Below are positions 16,956-24,825 of a DNA stretch of 46,390 nucleotides, one piece after another. A program made the position numbers and the translations under genes. Under the pieces are notes generated by a model. It had not been told where the DNA came from. It searched no databases and worked only from the letters and a program-made list of their open reading frames with translations. Where the stretch lies: positions 1 to 46,390 of the IMG/VR virus record IMGVR_UViG_3300027798_000070. One strand, given 5' to 3'. The first letter of the stretch is position 1; each line of letters begins with the position of its first letter. Origin of the DNA: a virus. Lineage: Duplodnaviria; Caudoviricetes.

Positions 16956-17414
16956 ATGGCCCAAGGTAGAGCCATAGGCGTAGGTCTTGCCAAACAACTC
17001 GCTAAACTAGAAAAAGACTTAGATGAAGTAAGGGACCAATTTCTTGTTGAGATGGCTAATGAGATAGTTGATACTTCACCTGTATGGGCTGGTCAGTATG
17101 TCACTAGCCATTCTATTGGTACTAGCTCTGCTGCTGGTAGGTTTACAGGTAATATTGAAACAGGTATGACAGAGAAGTCAGCTTACCCAGAAGCGTATAA
17201 AGCTGAAGGTAGAGCTAACCTAATGTCCGACATTAGTGCATTACCAAAAGATACTAATCAGGTCTATTTGAACAACAACTCTCCACACGCTAGTATTGTT
17301 GAATCTGGTGGCTGGTCTAGTGGTAAACCCCCTTACAAGATTTACGCAAGGGTTGTTGCAAGGGCTGGTATTCATATGGCACAAGCTATAGCTAAAGTTA
17401 GAGGTGGGCCATGA
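16956..17414 (+). CDS. neck / tail completion protein (HK97 gp10-like)
   Basis: SPVWAGQY..SH and NNSPHASIVE motifs; synteny. Confidence 0.65.
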   Translation: MAQGRAIGVGLAKQLAKLEKDLDEVRDQFLVEMANEIVDTSPVWAGQYVTSHSIGTSSAAGRFTGNIETGMTEKSAYPEAYKAEGRANLMSDISALPKDTNQVYLNNNSPHASIVESGGWSSGKPPYKIYARVVARAGIHMAQAIAKVRGGP

Positions 17415-17893
17415 CAATCATCAATGACATCAGGGCTTGCCTTGACACTCACCTCTCTGGCACTGTAGGTATCCCTGCTATTGCCCGTCAGAACGTCCCC
17501 TACGAGCCTACAACAGGCACCTCGTTCATCAAGGTGGACCTAGTACCAACTTCTCGTAGACCCGCTGTACGGGGCTTAAATCCACAACAGAGGTACGATG
17601 GCCTCTACAGTATCCTCATCTGTACCCCTGAAGGAATGGGTCCCGGTGCTGGCTACGATCTTGCAGACCTTTTGCTTGACCGTTTTAATGCAACAACAGA
17701 CGTCCTCTACACTAACCCCACAGATTCAATCCTTCTAGAGGGTGGCGATGATATCCTCCTAGAGAGTGGTGATAGACTGCTCCTTGGTAATCCCACTATT
17801 GTATCAATCGACTACTCTGAAGTCAGGACGAGTTTCCTTGACTCTCCCTTCTACTGCACACCAATCACTATCGGTTGGTACATTTATAGCTGA
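17411..17893 (+). CDS. tail terminator with an ILLE repeat insertion
   Basis: Directly before tail tube; insertion ILLEGGDDILLESGDRLLL. Confidence 0.7.
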   Translation: MTIINDIRACLDTHLSGTVGIPAIARQNVPYEPTTGTSFIKVDLVPTSRRPAVRGLNPQQRYDGLYSILICTPEGMGPGAGYDLADLLLDRFNATTDVLYTNPTDSILLEGGDDILLESGDRLLLGNPTIVSIDYSEVRTSFLDSPFYCTPITIGWYIYS

Positions 17894-17908
17894 TAAAGGA
17901 AACTTAAT

Positions 17909-18832
17909 ATGCCCTTCTCTCAAGGTAGCCGTGCTGGCCTTTCTTACGTGGCAGAGACTGTATTCGGTACTACTCCGAGTACTCCCGCTCTTATCCAACT
18001 CCCTTACACCACTCACAGCTTGAACCTGACCAAAGAGCGTGTGACTGGTAACGATATTCAACCTGACCGTATGCCTCGCACTGACCGTCATGGCAACCGT
18101 ACTGCTGCTGGTGACATCACTGTTGACCTTCGTAAAGGCGACTATGACCTGTTTCTTGAAAGTGCCTTCTTTAACACTTTTGCAACCAACGTCCTGAAGG
18201 TTGGTACGACCCCCAAGTTCTTCTCTATTGAGGATGCAGCTACGGATATTACTCAGTTCCGTCTGTTCACTGGTATGTCTGTGTCGTCTCTTGCTGTATC
18301 CATCCGTCCTAACCAGATGGTTACTGGCACGTTCAGCATGGTCGGTAAGAACATGTCGATCAGCGGAACTTCTGTTGATGCCACAAAGACTGCCTCTTCG
18401 GGCAATGCTCCCTTTGACGCTTACTCTGGTGCTCTGTCCATTGGTGATGCTGGTGGTACTCTGACTGCTGCTGCTATCGTAACTGGTATTGACTTTACCA
18501 TCAATAACGCACTTGCCCCAACCTTTGTTGTAGGCTCTTCCACTACGCCACAACTTGAATATGGTATGGCTACCATTGAGGGAACCATCACTGCTTACTT
18601 TGAAGATGCCGCACTGATTAACCGTTTCCTTAATGAAACTGAGACTGCACTTCAGATTGCTGTTGATGATCCTACGGGTGCTTCTGACTATACGTGGTTG
18701 TTCCCTCGTGTTAAGATTAACGGTGCTGATGTACCTGTTGACAATCCGACTTCCCGTATTATCACGATGCCTTTTGTTGCACTCTATGATGCTACCGAAG
18801 GTACGAACCTTAAACTGACCCGCTCAGTCTAA
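17909..18832 (+). CDS. major tail tube protein
   Basis: YVAETVFGTTP start, 307 aa, siphovirus synteny. Confidence 0.85.
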   Translation: MPFSQGSRAGLSYVAETVFGTTPSTPALIQLPYTTHSLNLTKERVTGNDIQPDRMPRTDRHGNRTAAGDITVDLRKGDYDLFLESAFFNTFATNVLKVGTTPKFFSIEDAATDITQFRLFTGMSVSSLAVSIRPNQMVTGTFSMVGKNMSISGTSVDATKTASSGNAPFDAYSGALSIGDAGGTLTAAAIVTGIDFTINNALAPTFVVGSSTTPQLEYGMATIEGTITAYFEDAALINRFLNETETALQIAVDDPTGASDYTWLFPRVKINGADVPVDNPTSRIITMPFVALYDATEGTNLKLTRSV

Positions 18833-18853
18833 ACTAATCCCCTCTTGGGGCTA

Positions 18854-18926
18854 GGATAGTGAGGCTTGTCGGGAGTCTTGCTATCCGCTTTAATTTAATC
18901 CCGACTTAATATAGGACCACCCGACA
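18854..18926 (+). promoter_or_regulatory. hairpin/pseudoknot leader before tail chaperone
   Basis: 13-bp stem 18854..18866/18874..18886; loop TGTCGGG complementary to CCCGAC(A) at 18900 and 18920. Confidence 0.55.
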
Positions 18927-19327
18927 TGGCCGATCTATTTGCACTTATTCCTACTGATGACACTATCTCCATTGTTGTAAAGCATCCCATCACTGATGAA
19001 CCTCTTGTCAAGGATGACGGTAAGGAGATGACTATCACTGTATATGCACCCCACTCGGGTCAATACAAAGCTGTCCTTCACGAACAAACGAACAAGCGTA
19101 TCCAGAAGGCTTCTAAAGGAAAACGAGTAACTTTCACTGCTGAAGAGTTGGAGAATGTTACCCTTGAGTTGCTGGCTAAGACCACTAAGGACTGGAACAT
19201 CCAGCTTAATGGTAAGTCACCTAAGTTTTCTGTAGCAGAAGCCGTGGATTTGTACTCCAAACTCTCTTGGTTGAAACAACAAGTCTTGGATGCACAAGAG
19301 GATTACTCCGCTTTTTTGAAAGTCTGA
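18926..19327 (+). CDS. tail assembly chaperone (G-like)
   Basis: Between tube and TMP; slippery T TTT TTG at 19312..19318. Confidence 0.8.
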   Translation: MADLFALIPTDDTISIVVKHPITDEPLVKDDGKEMTITVYAPHSGQYKAVLHEQTNKRIQKASKGKRVTFTAEELENVTLELLAKTTKDWNIQLNGKSPKFSVAEAVDLYSKLSWLKQQVLDAQEDYSAFLKV

Positions 19328-19671
19328 TCCTTGATCTAGAGGAATATGCAGAGCATAACTTTAAGCTCTCTATTCCTGACAAAGACGGTGTGACTGAACG
19401 ACAGCACTTAGAAGAAGTAGAAAGGCAGTCTGGACGTACTCCATCGGCTCTAGAGGGAACACCTTTCCCAGAGTTACTGGAATATGTCTGGACTGCTTTT
19501 TTGTTGCTCAATCAAGGCCGTGATCAAGGTTTCAATGGACCCTTACCTTTAAGTTTCCAAGACATACTTGCTTGGCAACAACTAACAGATAACTACTTGC
19601 TTCCTTGGGAGGTGAGCGCTATTAAAAGACTAGATACAGTTTACTTGAGGGTTGTGAATAAACATGAATGA
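19312..19671 (+). CDS. tail assembly chaperone frameshift extension (GT-like)
   Basis: -1 frame ORF; PLSFQDILAW..LLPWEVSAIKRLD typical of such extensions. Confidence 0.7.
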   Translation, partial: FFESLILDLEEYAEHNFKLSIPDKDGVTERQHLEEVERQSGRTPSALEGTPFPELLEYVWTAFLLLNQGRDQGFNGPLPLSFQDILAWQQLTDNYLLPWEVSAIKRLDTVYLRVVNKHE

Positions 19672-21397
19672 TATCGTCATCACAGTTGACAGTTCTCAAG
19701 TAAGGACTGGTAGCCAAGACCTCAAAGAGATGGCAAATCAAGCTCTTAACACTCTTCGGGCCACTAAACAACTATCTGGTCAAAGTAATTTAGATCGACA
19801 TTTTGCAAGTATTGATCGTCAGATTAGCCGCGTTAATACTAATATGTCTAACTATAGTAGGTTTACTTCTCAGGCTGCAAACAGTTCAGGTCAGTTTGGC
19901 GTTGTAACCCAGCAAGCTGGCTATCAGATTGGAGACTTTCTTGTTCAAATCCAATCTGGTACAAACTGGATGGTTGCCTTTGGTCAACAAGCCACACAGC
20001 TAGTTGGTGTATTGCCAATGATGACTGGTGCCTTTGGTCTTAGTTCAGGTGCTCTTATTGCCCTTAGTGCTGGCCTTGGTATTATCATCCCTCTTGTTAC
20101 AGCGCTTGGTGCTTTGTGGATGAGGTCTTCAGCTGAAGTAGAAGTTGCAGCAGATAAATATGTTGAGGCGCTAGATAAAATCTCCAAAAGGGCTGAGGAA
20201 ACTAGGATTAAAATCGAGGCACTTGAGCTTGGTGTTTCAGAGGAACAAGTTCTTCCATTAGAAAAGATAAACGTTCTTCAAGAAAAGCGTCTTAATCTTA
20301 TTCAAGAAATGCTTGACGAGTCTTATAGACTGCAAAAACTAGAAGCTGAAACTGGAGATGACTACTCTTATATCTTAGAAGGGTATCAAGAAAAAATCGC
20401 TCTTCTGAATGAAGATATCGCTGGTACACAAGAGCTTCTTAATCTTGATAAAGATAGGGCGCAACAACTTAAAGATATTGAAGGTTCTTCAGCGTTTGCC
20501 TCTAACTATATAACACTTATTGCAGAACGTGCTTTAGATGCGGCTGAAGCCTCTGGACAAATTGACTTTTCTAGTGCTGTAAGTAGTGCAGCAGCTTTGG
20601 CGGAACAACTTGGTGTTTCAGTTGAACTAGCTAGTAAGATGATGTCTATGGGGTTTGGTCAAAAGAAAGCTGTTGTGCTTGATCCACGTAGCCCTAATTA
20701 TGACCCAATTGCAGCTAGTATGGAAGAAATAAAAGGTGAATATGGTAGGGTCTCCCCTTTTGCACCATCTAGGCAAATAACCCCTCGTACTGGTGGTGGT
20801 TCAGGCGGCGGCTCTTCGTCTCGTCTTAAAGAAGAGATTAAACTTACTAAAGAACTAACCGAAGCTGAAAAAGAAAGACAGGGTATTCTAGATACAGTAA
20901 ACAGTTCTCTTGAAACTGGCTTCTTGGATATGGTCAAAGGCACTAAGACTGTAGGTGAAGCCTTCCGGAGTATGGCTGCTGCTATCATTGAGGAACTCTT
21001 CCGAGTGCTTGTTGTACAGAAGCTTGTTGGTGGCATTACCAGTGCTTTCACTGGTGGTGGTGGCTTTACTAATGCACAAGCTGGTAGACTGACTGGTGGT
21101 GGACGAGCCTCTGGTGGTTCTATGATGGCTGGTGGTTCTTACCTCGTTGGTGAGAATGGGCCTGAGATTGTTGTACCCCGTCACTCTGGCACTGTAGTCA
21201 ACGCTAACCAGACCTCTGGTGCTATGGCTGGCTCTGGTGGTATCACTGTCCAGAACAACATCACAGTGACAGGTAGCGATGCAGCTATGGTTCGTCAAGA
21301 GGTAGCCAAGATGATCCCTCAGATCACTAGTGCAACAAAGGCTGCTGTGATTGATGCTAAACAACGTGGTGGTCAGATGGGAGCCGCTTTCCGGTGA
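19664..21397 (+). CDS. tape measure protein
   Basis: 577 aa; QIGDFLVQ..QQATQL; C-terminal GRASGG..YLVGENGPE. Confidence 0.9.
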   Translation: MNDIVITVDSSQVRTGSQDLKEMANQALNTLRATKQLSGQSNLDRHFASIDRQISRVNTNMSNYSRFTSQAANSSGQFGVVTQQAGYQIGDFLVQIQSGTNWMVAFGQQATQLVGVLPMMTGAFGLSSGALIALSAGLGIIIPLVTALGALWMRSSAEVEVAADKYVEALDKISKRAEETRIKIEALELGVSEEQVLPLEKINVLQEKRLNLIQEMLDESYRLQKLEAETGDDYSYILEGYQEKIALLNEDIAGTQELLNLDKDRAQQLKDIEGSSAFASNYITLIAERALDAAEASGQIDFSSAVSSAAALAEQLGVSVELASKMMSMGFGQKKAVVLDPRSPNYDPIAASMEEIKGEYGRVSPFAPSRQITPRTGGGSGGGSSSRLKEEIKLTKELTEAEKERQGILDTVNSSLETGFLDMVKGTKTVGEAFRSMAAAIIEELFRVLVVQKLVGGITSAFTGGGGFTNAQAGRLTGGGRASGGSMMAGGSYLVGENGPEIVVPRHSGTVVNANQTSGAMAGSGGITVQNNITVTGSDAAMVRQEVAKMIPQITSATKAAVIDAKQRGGQMGAAFR

Positions 21398-21942
21398 GTC
21401 AAATGAAAACCTGCTCTAAATGCAACGAGGACAAATTAGAAGAATCTTTCTATAAAAAGAAAGGTTACAAGAATGGTTTGTCCTCGTGGTGTAAATCTTG
21501 TGAAAAACTCTATCATGCAAATAAGTATGAAGATAACAAAGAGCATATAACAAAACGTAATGCTGAGTGGGTTAAGAATAATCCAGAAAAGAAGCTTGCA
21601 ATCAACCGTGCCTCTCACGAAAGAAATCGTGAACTGCGTAATAAACAGAGTCTACAATCAAAGAAAAACAATAAAGCTCGGGTTAATGCTGGAAATGCTT
21701 TTAGGAGAGCTAGTATTAGAGAAGCTACACCACCTTGGTTGGATGCTCAACATAAGCAAGACATTAAATCTCTCTATGTCTTATCCCAAAAGTTTGAGGG
21801 TTTGTTTGGTCTTAAGTATCACGTAGATCACATAGTCCCACTTAACGGTGAGGGTGTTTGTGGTTTACATGTCCCTTGGAATTTACAGATACTTGAAGCC
21901 AAGGTAAATCTGAAGAAGTCTAATAAAACAACATTCCGCTGA
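21394..21942 (+). CDS. HNH homing endonuclease (paralogue 4)
   Basis: CSKC/CKSC; YHVDHIVPLNGEGVCGLHVPWNL; start may be ATG 21403. Confidence 0.9.
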   Translation: MSQMKTCSKCNEDKLEESFYKKKGYKNGLSSWCKSCEKLYHANKYEDNKEHITKRNAEWVKNNPEKKLAINRASHERNRELRNKQSLQSKKNNKARVNAGNAFRRASIREATPPWLDAQHKQDIKSLYVLSQKFEGLFGLKYHVDHIVPLNGEGVCGLHVPWNLQILEAKVNLKKSNKTTFR

Positions 21943-21954
21943 TAAGGAAACACT

Positions 21955-22584
21955 ATGGCTATCGCGTATCCATTGAATACACCAACCAACATTGGGATTG
22001 CCAATATTGCTTTTTCTGCTGAGAATGCTGTAGCGATTAGTCAATCTCCGTTCACTTATGCTCAACAAATTGTGTCGCATCCCGGTCAACGCTGGGGTGC
22101 TTCCATCAGTCTACCACCCATGAAAAGACAAGATGCTGAGTATTGGGTGGCATTCCTCTTGAGCCTTAAAGGTCAAGCTGGGACTTTCCTTCTTGGTGAT
22201 CCTAACTGTGTAGCGCCTCAAGGTGCCTCTGCTACAACCCCCGGTACTCCTGTGGTTGCTGGTGCCAGTCAGACTGGTAGTGTCCTGAATATCGGCGGAC
22301 TACCCTCTGCTGTAGCAAACTATTTTCTTCCGGGTGACTACATCCAACTTGGGGATACCTCAAGTGCTACTCTGCACAAGGTTCTGACTGCTACCACTTC
22401 AAGTGGGTCAGGTACTGCTGCCCTTGACATCTGGCCTAGTATCAGGACTGCACCTACTGATGCTTCTGCTGTTGTAATCCAAAGTGCTAAAGGTCGTTTC
22501 CGTTTAAAAGAGAACAACACCCAGTGGCAGATTAATGACATCAGTTCTTATGGAATTACTTTTGATTGTGTGGAGGCGATATAA
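21955..22584 (+). CDS. distal tail protein
   Basis: SQSPFT..Q..HPGQRW motif; follows TMP. Confidence 0.75.
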   Translation: MAIAYPLNTPTNIGIANIAFSAENAVAISQSPFTYAQQIVSHPGQRWGASISLPPMKRQDAEYWVAFLLSLKGQAGTFLLGDPNCVAPQGASATTPGTPVVAGASQTGSVLNIGGLPSAVANYFLPGDYIQLGDTSSATLHKVLTATTSSGSGTAALDIWPSIRTAPTDASAVVIQSAKGRFRLKENNTQWQINDISSYGITFDCVEAI

Positions 22585-23690
22585 TGGCTACGGTAAAAAT
22601 CACAGACCTACCAGCAATCACAGGGGCTAATGCGGCTTCAGCGGACCTTATCCCTCTTGTTGATGTATCTTCGGATGTGACCTCTAAGATTACTAGAGAT
22701 GAGTTCTTTAAGAATATTCCGGGTAACGTAGGGATCGGGACGAGTACCCCCACTGGCAATCTCAGCGTAGGCTCCGTCACTGCCGCATCCGGCTCCATCC
22801 ATCTGCTCACAACGAAAACCGCCGTTCAGATTACTCCAAGCAACTCTATTGCTGGCGGTCTGAACATCAACACGAGCTTTGTGACAGGCGGTCAGGGGCC
22901 TCTGACATTTAGTCATTCCGGCTTTGAGACGATGCGGATTAGCGCAGCGGGCAACCTATCCGTCGGTTCTACCACGGGGAACCGGGCGGGCGTAGACCGG
23001 GGTATTTCTGTCGAGGGTGCTGCTACCAGCATTTTGGAAAGCAATATCGGCGGCAGTCGTGCTGCCTTCCTATACGCTGATGCTGCAAGTTCTGTTTTGG
23101 GGGAGTTCCGCAACTTTCCTTTGGTTTTTCGCACCAACGACACCGAGCGCATGCGGATCGACAGCGCCGGAGACGTTCAGATCGGCAAGACTGCCAGTAC
23201 CACTTCCGGAGATGGTCACTATCTTACGGCATTTGGCGCGGCTGGACATACCCGTACAGACAACCCCGCGCTCGCCCTGCGGAGGGATGGCACGGACGGC
23301 GACATCGCAATCTTTCTGAAGGTTGGTACGCAAGTCGGCGCGATCTCCGTCACAGGAACCGCCACTTCTTACGTGACCTCTTCCGACTACCGGCTCAAAG
23401 AAAACGTCCAACCGATGCAAGACGCATTGGCAAAGATCGCCCAGCTTAACCCCGTGACCTACAACTGGAAGGCTGACGGCTCTGACGGCCAAGGCTTCAT
23501 CGCGCACGAACTTCAAGCTGTCGTGCCGGACTGCGTATCTGGAACCAAGGATGCCGTCGATGACGAGGGCAACCCGCAGTATCAGGGCGTCGATACCTCG
23601 TTCTTGGTCGCCACATTGGTCAAAGCTGTTCAAGAACAACAGGTAACTATTGCTGCCCTCGAAGCCCGCATCACCGCCTTAGAAGCGTAG
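22584..23690 (+). CDS. tail fibre with C-terminal intramolecular chaperone (peptidase S74-like)
   Basis: ERMRIDSAG repeats; TSSDYRLKEN..GFIAHEL..coiled-coil; KITDL N-terminus; GC-rich. Confidence 0.85.
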   Translation: MATVKITDLPAITGANAASADLIPLVDVSSDVTSKITRDEFFKNIPGNVGIGTSTPTGNLSVGSVTAASGSIHLLTTKTAVQITPSNSIAGGLNINTSFVTGGQGPLTFSHSGFETMRISAAGNLSVGSTTGNRAGVDRGISVEGAATSILESNIGGSRAAFLYADAASSVLGEFRNFPLVFRTNDTERMRIDSAGDVQIGKTASTTSGDGHYLTAFGAAGHTRTDNPALALRRDGTDGDIAIFLKVGTQVGAISVTGTATSYVTSSDYRLKENVQPMQDALAKIAQLNPVTYNWKADGSDGQGFIAHELQAVVPDCVSGTKDAVDDEGNPQYQGVDTSFLVATLVKAVQEQQVTIAALEARITALEA

Positions 23691-23710
23691 TTCCAGAAAG
23701 GCGGCACATA

Positions 23711-24349
23711 ATGTCAAGAAGTCTACCATCAAGTATACAATCTGAACTTACAGAAGAGGTAATTTACCCTTTCTTCGCTGTTGAATTGTATTTTCAATCA
23801 GAGACTGTTCGTCTTTGGACTGGTTATGGTGAGTTAGAATACCCTTCTGGAAGTGGTACTATTTATCTTGGTGCAGGCACACTGCTTAATATCTCAAGTG
23901 TAGAAGAAACCACAGAGATTGAAGCTAAAGGTGCCAGTATCACGATGAGTGGTATACCATCAACGCTTTTATCTCTGGTTCTCTCTGAGCCTTACCAAGG
24001 GAGATTGTGTAGAATCCTTTTTGGCCTTAACATACCAAATGCAAGCCTAACTACACAAGTTAGTCAAGAGATTACTACACAAGACTTGTTTGAGTTGTCT
24101 CTTCAAAGTGGTAGTACTAATCTAGTAGAAATCTTCTCTGGTGAACTAGACCAGATGAACATCGTAGAAGAGGCGACCACTTGTACAATCTCTGTTACCG
24201 CTGAGAACGTCTTGATTAAACTTGAACGACCAACAGTAAGACGTTTCACAGATCAAGACCAAAAATCAAGATACCCCGGTGATAGGGGGCTTGAGTACAT
24301 TGCCTCTCTTCAGGATAAAGAAATCTTCTGGGGAAGAGCAGCTAAATAA
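23711..24349 (+). CDS. tail tip / hub protein
   Basis: VRLWTG..YLGAG..LL.IS...DRGLEY..WG; synteny. Confidence 0.7.
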   Translation: MSRSLPSSIQSELTEEVIYPFFAVELYFQSETVRLWTGYGELEYPSGSGTIYLGAGTLLNISSVEETTEIEAKGASITMSGIPSTLLSLVLSEPYQGRLCRILFGLNIPNASLTTQVSQEITTQDLFELSLQSGSTNLVEIFSGELDQMNIVEEATTCTISVTAENVLIKLERPTVRRFTDQDQKSRYPGDRGLEYIASLQDKEIFWGRAAK

Positions 24350-24365
24350 TAAAGGGTTTCCCGAC

Positions 24366-24821
24366 ATGCCCATTACTTACCAACAAGAACCCTTGTTCAA
24401 GGTAGAGCCAGACATAATGGCTTTGGCCTATCTTGACTGGGAAGAGATGTACCACGACAAAGAAGCTTATCCCTTCGATCCAGACTGGGACTTGTATTAT
24501 CTCCTAGAGGAAAGTGGTAGTCTATTTGTATATACAGCAAGAGACTCAGGTAAACTTATTGGTTACTTCTCTGTAATGATTGGCCCAAACCTTCACTCAA
24601 AGGGTAAGGTTGTTGTGTCTAATGACATCATCTATCTCCACAAGGACTATAGAAAAGGTCTTATTGGGGTCAAGCTGTTCAAGTTTTGTGAAGCTTGTCT
24701 ACGAGAAGATGGCTATACTCAGCTACAAGTGATTACCTCTGAGAAGAACAATATCGACAGTCTCCTGAAAAGACTTGACTACAAGAAGATAGAGACGAAG
24801 TTCGAAAAAAGGTTAGGATGA
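24366..24821 (+). CDS. GNAT-family acetyltransferase
   Basis: DIIYLHKDYRKGLIGVKL acetyl-CoA motif A; ATG 24366. Confidence 0.75.
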   Translation: MPITYQQEPLFKVEPDIMALAYLDWEEMYHDKEAYPFDPDWDLYYLLEESGSLFVYTARDSGKLIGYFSVMIGPNLHSKGKVVVSNDIIYLHKDYRKGLIGVKLFKFCEACLREDGYTQLQVITSEKNNIDSLLKRLDYKKIETKFEKRLG

Positions 24822-24825
24822 TATT

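Noticed and set aside
4754-21942. HNH genes as group I intron ORFs or inteins
   Set aside because: They abut or overlap flanking genes with no room for intron core structure, and flanking genes are complete
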